Source of the DNA: Chiloscyllium plagiosum
Taxonomy: Eukaryota
Direction: 5' to 3'
Length of the DNA stretch: 20,000 nucleotides
Assembly: GCF_004010195.1 (NCBI RefSeq)
Contig: NC_057719.1
Span: 33,703,623 to 33,723,622, forward strand
Shown: piece by piece, positions 8,845 through 19,872 of the stretch
How the letters are laid out: every line of letters starts with the position of its first letter
Numbering within the stretch: position 1 is the first letter of the stretch
Made by a program: the position numbers and the translations under genes
Notes under the pieces: generated by a model
What the model saw: the letters and a program-made list of their open reading frames with translations, nothing else
Databases searched by the model: none
What the model was told of the DNA's origin: nothing

Positions 8845-9735
8845 ACCTGATGCTTACTATCAATATTCTCGAGGTGATAATTGACCAGAAACTGATCTGG
8901 ACTCGCCATGTAAATATTGTGGCTAAACTGCAGGTGAAAGACTAGACGTTCTGCAGTGAATAACTCACTTCTTCACCCCCCCACCCCCTCCCCCCACAAA
9001 GCCTCATCACAACCTTCAAGGCATAAGTTAAGCAATGTGATGGAATATTATCCACCTGTCTGGATGAGTGCAGCTCCAACAACACTAACAAGCTTGACAC
9101 CATCCAGGACAAAGCAAAATCCATGAGTGGCACTGCACCCACCTTAAAATGGCAGCAGTGTGTACAATCCACAAGATACACTGCAGAAATTCACCAAGAC
9201 CTAGAAGCAGCGAAAAAAAAATCAGGAAAGAAATGGAGTGAGAAGCTCAGGAAAATCACAATCATTAGAAGTGGTACTTAGTAAAGTGTTGGAGCTATGG
9301 ACTGACAAATGCCTGGGTTCAGCTGGGCTTCATCCTAGTGTCTTAAAAGTGCTGAATGAGAAAGTTAGTACTTTGCGTTTTTTCCTTTGCTTGATTCCTC
9401 AGGGATGGTCCAGTAAATTGGAAGATAGTAATATAGCCCACTGTCACTGCCATCTAGAAGGTCAAGGGCAGCAGATACATGAGAATACCACCACCTGTAT
9501 GTTCCCTTTTAAGACACACATCATCCTAACTTAGAAATATATCACTGTTCCTACAGTGTCACTGGGTTAAAATCGTGGAACACTCTTCAGAAGAGCATTG
9601 TGTGTGTATCTATACCAAATGGATTGTAGTAATTCAAGAGGGTAGATCAACATCATCTTCTCAACAGTAACTAGAGGTGGGTAATAAATGCTGGCTAGTC
9701 AGTGACAACCACATCCGTGAATGAATAAATAAAAC
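8845..9735 (+). mobile_element. L2/Crack-like LINE 3' part (8845-9203 and 9446-9735), interrupted by a CR1 fragment
   Basis: Degenerate translation TINILEVIIDQKLIWTRHVN...VMEYYPPVWMSAAPTTL.KLDTIQDKA...AAVCTIHKIHCRNSP. It ends in an A-rich tail gaatgaataaataaaa and is colinear with the reverse complement of 428-1060. Confidence 0.8.
9205..9445 (+). mobile_element. Internal CR1 ORF2 fragment (pre-RT region)
   Basis: EVVLSKVLELWTDKCLGSAGLHPSVLK is homologous to EKVLEKLKGVKIDKSPGPDGLHPRVLR at 11326-11406. ttggaagatagtaatatagcccactgt corresponds to WKIAVVTPLF. Confidence 0.75.
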
Positions 9736-9869
9736 AACAGTGCAAATTCCAAATCCAAAGATAAAGTTAAAGTGGATATATTCAATGTGCAGGTTCAGAA
9801 AGGGAAAGAAAGTAATGGAAAGAAAGATTGGATGTAGAAAGGGAGCAGGAAGAAGGAAAAATTACATCA

Positions 9870-10140
9870 GATTTCATTGGATCAGTGTAGGATATGGAAG
9901 ATTCAGAGATCAGAGTGAGAGTGGAATGGAGAATTAAAGCAATAGATGATGGGAAGCTCAGATGCACAATTGTAAACTGAATGTGGATGTTTGCAAAGCA
10001 ACCACACAACCTGCATTTTCTCTCCTCTATGCAGACAAGGTCACATCATTAGCATCATATACTTCATAATAAATTGTAAAAAGTCAAAATAAAATGTTAT
10101 TTCAACAGGGAGGAGTGTTTAAGAACTTAATTGGATAGTC
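9870..10140 (-). mobile_element. Highly degenerate PLE GIY-YIG endonuclease fragment
   Basis: gtttgcaaagcaaccacacaacctgcattttctctcctctatgcagacaaggtcaca parallels 4588-4648 (LYIGET...F..H region). gagtggaatggagaattaaagc corresponds to the .FNSP.HS motif. Confidence 0.55.
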
Positions 10141-11067
10141 GGAAGTGAATACATGGCAAGACTATGATCTTCATACAACACTGATGAGGAGATTATGCAC
10201 ATACAATATGATAAGTGGTCCACAGTGTCTAGTAATCCAAGTAAGATGTCTTCTCAGGCGCTTTCTAAGATTGTGCATTGCAAGTTAATCTTCATGAGTA
10301 AAAATCTCTCATTTGAGTTTACCGTTCCAATTGCAGTGGTTGGTACATTTGTGTTCTGCATGAGTAAAGGAAACAACAGGAGGCAGCTTGCAGTTTCCCT
10401 AGTACCAAGGAAGGTCAATCAAACAAAAGGTTCAAAAAGCTTCAGGAAGGATTAAAAAGACTGGAAAAAAAAAATTACAACCATTACAATAGCAGTCAAA
10501 TTACCATGTTACAACTGTAAAATAGCAGATATTCTTCCGAAATATAAGCTATTTGAGCAGCACAAAAAACTGTGATTTATCATTTGGCCAATTATGGTTT
10601 TATCAAAGTGTCAAAACAGACAGCAAACTGTGAAGATAAAAATTGCAATTGGTAATGAAGGCCTTTCTAGTTTACACATGTCAAGGGTTATCAAAAAAGA
10701 AACAAAATAATCAAATACCATATGGTACATCTCAGTAGAACCAACAAGGGGTCATTACCTGGAATTCATACCTTTTAGTCAACAGCCAGAAATGTCTAGA
10801 GATCGTTTATGGATCTGCTGTAGAGAAAAGGGCAGAGATTGCCAATTTTCCGACACAGAATTGGCTGATAGAATCATCAAATCAGTGACAGCAACATCTT
10901 TTGAGATTTATCAAAATAGTCTTCTATCAAAACTAAAAACTAAAATGCTTGAGGCACTACTTAATGTTGTGTGTAAACATAAGGTAATCATTGCAGGGTA
11001 CATACTCTGTGTGCAGCTGCGTGCAGCTTCAATTATTGACATGGTAGCTAAATGAACCAAATCCAGC

Positions 11068-12956
11068 AAACTAGAAGGTAGGCTAGCCAGTAATATTAGA
11101 AATGATAGCAAAAGTTTCTTTCAATACATAAGAAACAAACGACAGGCAAAAGTAGACATTGGGCCACTTCAAACTGATGCTGGAAGCCTAGTGGTGGGAG
11201 ATAAGGAAATAGCTGGAGAATTTAATAAGTACTTTGCATCAGTCTTCACAGCGGAAGACATTAGTAATATCCCAACAATTAAAGGGAGTCAGGGGGCTGA
11301 GTTGAGTATGGTTGCCATTACAAAAGAGAAAGTGCTAGAAAAGCTAAAAGGTGTTAAAATTGATAAATCTCCTGGCCCCGATGGGCTACATCCTAGAGTT
11401 CTGAGGGAGGTGGCTGAGGAAATAGTGGAGGCGTTGGTTGAGATCTTTCAAAACTCACCGGAGTCAGGGAAAGTCTCGGATGATTGGAAGATCGCTGTTG
11501 TAACCCCCTTGTTCAAGAAAGGATAAAGACAAAAGATGGAAAATTATAGGCCAATTAGCCTACCCTCGGTTGTTGGTAAAATTCTAGAATCCATCATTAA
11601 GGATGAGGTTTCTAAATTCTTGGAACAGAAGGGTCGGATTAGAACAAGTCAACATGGATTTAGTTAGGGGAGGCTGTGCCTGACAAACCTGTTGTAATTC
11701 TTTGAAGAGGTGACAAGTAGGTTAGACCAGGGAAACCCAGTGTTTGTGGTCTATCTAGACTTCCAAAAGGCCTTTGATAAGGTGCCACACGGGAGGCTGC
11801 TGAGCAAGGTGAGGGCCCATGGTGTTACTGTGAGCTACTGGTATGGAGGTGAGCTACTGATATGGATTGAGGATTGGCTGTCTGACAGAAGGCAGAGAGT
11901 TGGAATAAAAGGTTCTTTTTTGGAATGGCAGCCGGTGACAAGCGGTGTCCCGCAGGGTTCAGTGTTGGGGCAGCAGCTGTTCACGTTATATATTAATGAT
12001 CTGGATGAAGGGACTGGGGGCATTCTAGCAAAGTTTGCCGATGATAGGTGGACAGGCAGGTAGTACTGAGGAAATAGGGAGGCTGCAGAAGGATCTAGAC
12101 AGTTTGGGAGAGTGGTCCAGGAAATGGCTGATGGAATTCAATGTGAGCAAACGCGAGGTTTTGCACTTTGGAAAAAAGAGTACAAGCATGGACTACTTTC
12201 TAAACGGTGAGAAAATTCATACAGCCAAAGAGCAAAGGGATCTGGGAGTGCTAGTCGAGGATTCTCTAAAGGTAAACATGCAGGTTGAGTCCGTGATTAA
12301 GAAAGCAAATGCAATGTTGTCATTTATCTCAAGAGGGTTGAAATATAAAAGCAGTGATGTGCTACTGAGCCTTTATAAAGCTCTGGTTAGGCCCCATTTG
12401 GAGTACTGTATCCAGTTTTGGTCCCCACACCTCAGGAAGGACATACTGGCATTGGACCGTGTCCAGCGGAGATTCACATGGATGATCCCTGAAATGGTAG
12501 GTCTAACATATGAGGAACGGCTTGAGGATCCTGGGATTTTATTCATTGGAGTTTAGAAGATTGTGGAGATCTAATAGAAACTTACAAGATAATACATGGC
12601 TTGGAAAGGGTGGACGCTAGGAAATTGTTTCCGTTAGGCGAGGAGATTAGGACCCGTGGACACAGCCTTAGAATTAGAGGGGGTAAATTTAGAACAGAAA
12701 TGCAGAGACATTTCTTCAGCCAGAGAGTGGTGGGCCTGTGGAATTCATTGCCGCAGAGTGCAGTGGAGGCTGGGACGCTAAATGTCTTCAAGGCAGAGAT
12801 TGATAAATTCTGGATGTCAGAAGGAATTAAGGGCTACGGGGAGAATGCGGGTAAGTGGAGTTGAAATGCCCATCAGCCATGATTGAATGGCGGAGTGGAC
12901 TCGATGTGCTGAATGGCCCTACTTCCATTCCTATGTCTTATGGTCTTATGGTCTTA
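11068..12956 (+). mobile_element. 5'-truncated CR1 LINE: ORF2 RT domain to stop (12864), 3' UTR and TATGGTCT repeat tail; pseudogenised
   Basis: Motifs [50 protein letters not shown] (12034-12045), VRPHLEY, TRGHSL and FFSQRVV..WNSLP. In-frame stops at 11524, 11665 and 11695; frameshifts near 12046 and 12520-12566. No TSD found. Confidence 0.97.
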
Positions 12957-13739
12957 CTATGTGGAAGATGTGGTCATGAGCATGCTACTCACAATTTCCT
13001 GATACACCATGTGATACGTGAGTCTTGTGGCAAAGGACACTGGAAAAAACAGCTTAAATAACTTAACCAGGCAGAGCTAATCAAAGCACATGGCAAAATT
13101 TGATTAAGTGATCAACAAATATAGCATTGTGTCAGAAACAGAGGGCATGCCAAACCTATTGGGAATTACATCCATGAAGTGGTGAGAAAAACTGAAGAAA
13201 TGAACAATGACTGAAGCCCTAGAAAGTACAGTGAGTGAGAATTTGACATGATTAATGTCGCAGAATGCATGGATGCTATTGCACCATTCAAAGCATTTGT
13301 AACCATCAACATTATCTATGGTAGAAAACTCAGATTATGAGCAAAGATTGATACTAGAGAGCCAATATCCTTTCTCTTAGAATCCTAAAGAGCATGTATA
13401 TACTGAAATGGAAGACAATGCCACCTCTAACTCAGAGCTCACAATTTCAATGGAGCAGCACTCAATGCCCTAGATCCATAACATTGGAGTATAGATACAT
13501 GCAAGCATAATGGCCATGGTTACTCTGCATCATTAACACCAAACATCATTGACACCAAACATTCAGCAATGGAGACCTGACCTCTTTACAATTCATGGGA
13601 ATGATCAACTTTCTGAAGGAAGATCACATCAAAAGAACAAACCTATCAATTTGGTCCTCAATGCTACATTGCAACACCCATTTCTTTTCCATTTATATAC
13701 GCTTTAGAGTTATTTTTTATTTCTTTAGAAGTCTCACTA

Positions 13740-13978
13740 CAACCACCATTTGTCTTGTACTATCAACTCTTTTACAACTTAAGCTTTCCTACATTCCCTC
13801 GGACCCCAAGACTCTCCCTTTCCTACTGCATTCCTTGCCTCGCCGTTTGTTTAAAATATGTTACCAAACTTTTCCAGTTCTGATGAAATGTTGTTAAACT
13901 GACTTGTTAACTCTGTTTCACTTGACAAAACATGCTGTCAGACCTGATGCGTATTTCCAGTATTTTCTATTTTTACCT
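13740..13978 (+). mobile_element. Old PLE terminal repeat with a decayed hammerhead motif at 13880-13908
   Basis: agtt-CTGATGA-A...GTT-aact retains a 4-bp stem I (AGUU/AACU) but has lost the GAAA box. The tail atgctgtcagacctgatgcgtatttccagtattttctattttt is homologous to 6177-6220. Confidence 0.6.
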
Positions 13979-14047
13979 GCCTTATTGCTGAGATTATTTC
14001 CATAAGAAAAAGCATTGTTAAGCAGGAATTATCTTAGCCTAACTTAC

Positions 14048-14155
14048 AACTCTGTGTAGGAGGACTTGCTATCATCTGCCTCCTTTTTGACCTTCATGTC
14101 TTGGATGACTCTTCCAGGAACTGCATTCCTTTCCCACAGCATCAAGATGTAATCC
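14048..14155 (-). other. Candidate 108-nt internal exon of an unidentified host transcript
   Basis: The minus strand has a pyrimidine-rich acceptor with a CCCTAAT branch-like motif (ccctaattctttccatAG), one open frame DYILMLWERNAVPGRVIQDMKVKKEADDSKSSYTE and a GTAAGT donor. No homology recognised. Confidence 0.35.
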
Positions 14156-15609
14156 CTATGGAAAGAATTAGGGAATATGATGGGAAAGGATGAACAGTGA
14201 AAGTTCATAAAGAATTTATGTTGCAATACATCTTCTATTTTCTTGTATCCAGCATCCTTTAAGTTATTCTTTTCAAATGATTACAAGAATTACTTCCCCA
14301 AAAGTGAGATGTTTTTCTGTAGACATCTGTCACATAGTTCTCATGAATTTCTTTCTTTGTTCAAGCATACTAAATAAAGTGGGAAGTTATAAGTGGGGGA
14401 AAATATCAAGCATGCTCAATTTCAGCCACATTATATGGGACAGTAGATGGGAGTTGATTGTATTTCAGGCAAGCAGTGATGGAGCTTTTGAAAGTTATAG
14501 GATAGGGTGCATATGGAAATCTGCAGCATTTCAGGATGTCATGGTAAGGTATAAGAGTACTTTAAGACAGCATACTTTAAGACGGTCATTGCAAGAGATG
14601 TGCATATTTATTGTACAGCATGAAAGCAAGGTGAAATGGCCTCTTTTACTTGGCTGAACTTTCCTTAACCTTTTATGGTATATTGCAGCGTGGTGGTAGA
14701 GTCTGTCTCTCCCCTTAACACTGGGTTCACAACAGGTCTGCAGACTTCTTGTTGCACATTTTGCTCCAGGGTTTACTGGTTTCCAAACTGGAAGCAACAA
14801 CAGCTTACCTCTTTAAGAGTTTGATAAGTTAAACCAGTGCATGATCTTCTAGATATCACTCAGTGAGCTCCCAGTCACAGGTCTTTGCAATATCTGAAAC
14901 TCAGCAGCAATATTTAAATTAGACAGATGCTAAAATCATGTGGCATCAGCATGCTATGGTTTGGACAGGAGGGATGATTTGTATACTACATCAGTTCCAC
15001 TTAAGCTTAAAACTGACTGGATAATTCAGACAAATGTCTTTTGCACTGCCAGGTTATGACATGCCTGGGGATGCTAAGCAATGACTACTGAGGACAGCAG
15101 ATCCAAGTTGCATGGTGAAGAAATGAGGACACATGAGAGTTTTGCTTGATTACTCTTGCAGATCAGTGAGATTAAAACAAATAGAGTACATGACGTGATG
15201 AATTGGTGTAGGATTAGGGTCAAGTTGTTATTATTCTGTTCCTGAAAAAAATACTTAAATCTGTTTTCTTGCACATGTCAATAACAAGTCAGTACAGTAA
15301 ATGAGCTAAACTAAAGTCAAATGTCCATATATTTTGGTGAATTCTTTCTTTTTAAGTGACTGAAGTTTTCCATTCTCTTGCTTTAACTCAAGGTTCAACA
15401 GAAATCCTGCAGAAATGGCAAAAACAGTGGGAAGCTGGGAGGATACCACACAGAGGTTACTGCTGATCTATCCTTAGGGGAACGCATAAGCAACTGAAAT
15501 TGTCCAAACTGAACATCTTAACCAAAAATACAGACTTATTATTGACTTAATCAAGCTTTCATGTGCAAATTAAGACCTGTCCGCAAGGTGTTCCAAACCT
15601 GTGAATACT

Positions 15610-16822
15610 AATTATACAAATCACAACTTTGTTCAAAAAGAGTGTCAGGATAATCCCAGCAATTAAAAAATAGTCGGTTCAATTTCTGCAGTGGGGAAGC
15701 TTTTGGAAATAAATATTTGAGACAGAATCAGTAATCTTACGGGAAAAAAAGGTGGGTTAATTGGAAAGTTAGCATGGATTTCTAAAGGGGAAATCATGTT
15801 TAACTACCTGGCTGGAGTTTATTTTGAAAAGGTAATGGAAAGGGCTGTTGAAGCTAAAGCATTTGATGTGGTATGTATTGTTTTTCAGGAGGAATTTGAT
15901 ACAATATCACACATTTGTAAAAAAAATGTTATTGGTCATGATAGAAAAAGGATAGAGACAACATGATTACAAAATTGGCTGTGTAATAAGAAACAGAGAG
16001 TTACGGTCAATTAATATTTTTTGCACTGGAGGGAGATTTGTAGTGTAGCTCCCTGGGGACCTATTGGGAACTTTGCTTTTCCTGATTCATATTAATGATC
16101 TTGATCTTGGTGTGCAAGAGACAATTTCCAAGTGACAAATGACACTAAAGTTGGAAGAATTGTAAACTGTGAGGATAGTGTGAGGATAGTTGTGAGCGGC
16201 ACGGTGGCACAGTGGTTAGCACTGCTGCCTCACAGCGCCTGAGACCCGGGTTCAATTCCCGCCTCAGGCGACTGACTATGTGGAATTTGCACGTTCTCCC
16301 CGTGTCTGCATGGGTTTCCTCCAGGTGCTCCGGTTTCCTCCCACAGTCCAAAGATGTGCAGTGCAGTGCAGTTCAGGTGAATTGGCCATGCTAAATTGCC
16401 TGTAGTGATAGGTAAGGGGTAAATGTAGGGGTATGGGTGGGTTGTGCTTCGGCTGGTCGGTGTGGACTTGTTGGGCCGAAGGGCCTGTTTCCACACTGTA
16501 ATGTAATCTAATCTAATCCAAAAGGATATTGACAGGTAGGGTAGAGTGGGTAGACAGATGGCAGATGAGGTTCAATACAGAGATGTGTGAAGTGATGCAC
16601 TTTGGTTGGATGAGAAATGAAAGACAACATTAAATAGGAGATGGAATTCTAAAGGAGGAGTAGGAGAAGAGTGAGTTGATAGTATGTGTGTACAGATCAT
16701 TGAGGTGACAGGACAGATTGACAGAACAGTAAATAAAGTGTGCAGTTTTCTCGGCTTTTTTAATCAGGGCATTGAGTACAAAAGCAAGGAGTTAATTGTT
16801 GAACTTGTACAAGAGCCTTAAG
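15610..16822 (+). mobile_element. Old degenerate CR1 RT region (15610-16190 and 16519-16822) split by a SINE
   Basis: Remnants of LFKK, VGKLLE, HGFLKGKSCLT, INDLDLGVQETISK..DTKVGRIVNCE and, after the SINE, QKDIDR..EWVDRWQMRFN.EMCEVMHFG, colinear with 11490-12400. Confidence 0.85.
16194..16518 (+). mobile_element. HE1-like tRNA-derived SINE, full length
   Basis: A box tggcacagtgg, B box ggttcaattcc, conserved core, CR1-like tail ttgttgggccgaagggcctgtttcc and (AATCT)n end. It carries an internal GTGCA expansion at 16356-16375. Confidence 0.93.
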
Positions 16823-16826
16823 CCTC

Positions 16827-17008
16827 GAAGAAATAGGAACAGGACTGGCTTATTCAACCTCTCAAGCCTGCTCCACCATTAAATAGGATGCCGGTTGATC
16901 TGACAACCTTGACATCCACTTTCCTGCCCTTGCCCTGTAATCCGTGATTCCTTTACTGGTCAAGAATCTATCAATCTCAGCCTTAAATAAACACAAGGAC
17001 TCTACCCC
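16827..17008 (-). mobile_element. CR1 3' end fragment, antisense
   Basis: The minus strand reads VESLCLFKAEIDRFLTSKGITDYRARAGKW, homologous to FKAEIDKFWMSEGIKGYGENAGKW at about 12787-12858, followed by 3' UTR. Confidence 0.85.
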
Positions 17009-17009
17009 T

Positions 17010-17275
17010 ACATTTAAGACTGAGGCAAGAAGCATTTCTTCACTCAAACATTTTGTATCATTGTAAGTTGCTAACCCAGGGGCTGTGGAAGCTCACTCAT
17101 AAATAATATTCAAGGTTAGAAACAATGGGCTTTTGGACTTAAAGTGAATTGAGGGATACAGGGATCCAATAGGAAAGTGGATTTGAGGTCAAAGATGGCA
17201 TAACCTTATTGAACAGCAAAGCAGACTTGAGAGATCATAACGCCTCCTACTTCTCCTATTTTTAATATTCTTATG
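17010..17275 (+). mobile_element. Degenerate CR1 3' end and UTR
   Basis: tttaagactgag...catttcttcactca (FKTE..HFFTQ), gctgtggaagctc, attcaagg, gggatacaggg...ggaaagtgga and the terminal cctacttctcctattt...ttcttatg. Confidence 0.7.
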
Positions 17276-18914
17276 AGAAAATTCAACTTAGCTCATCTTG
17301 GTTTCTGGTAATTGGTTAGGTACTAAATACTAGTGGTTGGATCAATTTACCACTCATGCTCTATACTACATGTTAACTGGAAGTGAAAATAGTTGGTACG
17401 GAGTGAATTTCCAGAAATGGTGACCAAGTTTCTCACTTTTAATGAGGCCTGATCATCTTGGTTCATGTCCCATATGGTACATAATTGATGCAATTATGAA
17501 GGAGTTATTTGAAATTAAGATGGTTTCACAATGATCGCACCCTAAGACAGCCGAAAGTAAATCATAGTTATTCAATATATCATGTAACACATAGGCAAAT
17601 GCAATTGATAAATGATCACAGAATTCCTTTATAATATCAGCATTTAAAAATATCATATTCTAAGATACTTTTCTCAACTTCTGTGATATTTTTACACCAG
17701 GTAATTGTAAATGTTCTGATATAATTATCTTACACAGTCTTCTTCTCAGAAAAGTAGCACAATTAGCCTATAACTCTCTACTGCATAACTGCAGACAGCC
17801 AGCAGAATCACCCATAGAGTGTGGTTTCCTCTTCAGTGGTATTATTTGGCTTTGTAGCAAATTAGTACATTTAATTCATGCATTTCGTAGTGTTACTTTA
17901 TTATCACATTACCTCAGGAAGCCTTGTTTTGTGACTTCATTCCATTGCTGATTTAATCCTCCTCTACATTTCAATTTTCTCACTCTTCATGAACAGCAAA
18001 CTTAAATGAAGAAATAAATGATCAAATTGTGATGGCTGAGGTAATCAGTTCCTCAGGAGAAGTACTGGTTATAGCAAGAACAGTTCCATCAATATGTGCT
18101 TGTCATTTTCAAGCTGAGACTTGAGTTGTTGCTGAAAATAACGAATGCCATTACCATTTGTGGTGACATTGTTCTTCATAAATAAAGTGATTTCTATTGT
18201 TAATTTATTTGTCATAATCATGTTCCCCAGGTATCACCAGACAATTTCTAAAACCATTTTGCAGGATGTTCTCTAAGACTACAGAAAGAGGAACTCAGAT
18301 GATAAATGTCAAAGAAGGCAACATCAATTGTGGTTAGCCCTATTGTTTATGGTTTATTGGGATTAAATAGACTGTTCTTCATACACATCATTCATATAAA
18401 TATAACTTGTCCATGCTACAGTTTTTTAGAGTGGAGAAAAATTCTATCTGAGTTTCCCATTGACTTGCTAGTTAGTCCAGTAGGTGACAAAAATGTCAGT
18501 AATTTAATCTCTTATCTTTTGTCAAATGATTAAGGGAATGTCCTGACATTGTGCACCCAATCAGAGTATACAGGTACATATCAAAAGTTGCACTTTATAG
18601 GTTTTGTGACAAATATTTCACAGCATATATCAACATTTCTAACATGCCAAAAACATGAAATTAAAAAGCTATTCCTATTATGTATGTATCATTGGAATTA
18701 AATAATTGTTGTACAACATTACATACATATAATTACAGTGAGCACAAATTTCAATGACAGATTTTCAAAATTTACTTTGGAATTTGTTTCAAACAAATTA
18801 TCAAGAAGTTACATCTATGTAGCATAGGATACATTCTCAAGCTACTTCTCATGGACAGAACAAAAATAGTGAGTGTTTGTAGCGCTATCAGGAGGGATTA
18901 TGACACGGGGTATT

Positions 18915-18983
18915 TGAAGTTAGCGGTTATATCATTGGACTGGTAAGCCAAAGAACTGGACAAATAATCTAAAGACTATGACT
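18915..18983 (+). mobile_element. Head of an old tRNA-derived SINE, probably continued at 19583
   Basis: gcggttatatcattggactggtaagccaaag loosely resembles the 7208-7270 head. It ends just before the expected B box, where the CR1 tail begins. Confidence 0.4.
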
Positions 18984-19405
18984 TAAGAACATAAAGTATC
19001 AGGAACAATTGATTATTTAGTACCTGAAGCCTACTTTACATTTTGAAATAATTCTCTTCATTTTCTTGCCTGCTCTCTGTATTCCTTTATTCCCTCAGAG
19101 ACCAAAGAAATCTGTCTACCTCAGCCTTGAATATATTCAATGATGGCACAGCCATAGCCATTTGGAGTAAAGAATTCCATCGAATTGCAATGTTTTCAGT
19201 GAAGGCATTCCTTAACATCTCAGTTGTAAATGAGACTGCCCTTATCTTGCGATGGCACCACCATGTTCTAGATTCCCCAGCCCATGGAAACAATCTCTCA
19301 ATGTCACCCTTATCAAGCCCCTCCAGAATTGTTTCTGTTTCAATGAGATCATTTCTATTATAGTGAACTCAAAAATGCTCAATTTATTCAGTATTTCATA
19401 ATAGA
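18984..19405 (-). mobile_element. CR1 3' end (ORF2 C-terminus and UTR), antisense
   Basis: The minus strand reads FPWAGESRTWWCHRKIR..FTTEMLRNAFTE....WNSLLQMAMAVPSLNIFKAEVDRFL. The tail ends tatgttctta. Confidence 0.85.
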
Positions 19406-19582
19406 ATGTTTAAAACTAAGCTTTGCTTATGATTGGTTTTAAATTGGATTCTTCGAAAAGCTAAAAGAGGAAATAAATAAGCTCTACAAATTCACAGTTC
19501 GCAGGCAGATATACCTAGTATTCTCATGACATTTGCCAGGAGTTCCTTAATAATAAATTCCAACCTTTTTCTGATGAGTGAT

Positions 19583-19835
19583 GCTCATATCTATCCATAA
19601 CAGTGTAAGAATTTGAAGTATCTCATAAATCTAGCAAAATGTTGGCATTAGTAACAGTGCTGATAAAGTTGGTAGATTGTTATAATAACTCAGCTGGATC
19701 ACTAATGCTCTTTAGGAATGGAAACCTGCTATTATTACTTAGTCTTAACAATATGGGACTGCAGACCTACATTCAACATGAGTGACTTTTGATTATTCTC
19801 TAAGTTAGCCTTGCAAGCCATTCAGTTGTCAAAAA
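19583..19835 (+). mobile_element. Body of an old tRNA-derived SINE
   Basis: gaatttgaa...gattgttataataactcagctggatcactaatgctctttaggaatggaaacctgc parallels 7468-7555 and the reverse complement of 7558-7680. Confidence 0.5.
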
Positions 19836-19872
19836 GACTACAACTGGTGTAATCAGACAGTTCTTATCAAAT

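Noticed and set aside
11191..12864. RT ORFs as a functional gene or a retron/DGR-like system
   Set aside because: Typical CR1 ORF2 with three stops, several frameshifts and no endonuclease domain.
12960..13200. Possible second Myb/SANT Harbinger relic (NNLTR; SETEGMPNLLGITSMK)
   Set aside because: The resemblance is too weak and fragmentary to support without an HMM search.
16197..16270. tRNA-like sequence with A and B boxes
   Set aside because: It is the SINE head and continues directly into SINE core and tail.
17453..17656. 67-aa minus-strand ORF, and other short ORFs in AT-rich regions such as 14277-14657 and 15074-15274
   Set aside because: No recognisable motifs or consistent splice pairs; lengths are compatible with chance.
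18231..18331. Possible + strand exon (ccccAG...GTTAGC) with one open frame
   Set aside because: Weak donor, no recognisable protein and no partner exons.
19571..19590. CTGATGA heptamer resembling a hammerhead core
   Set aside because: No stem II-GAAA-NUH arrangement follows.
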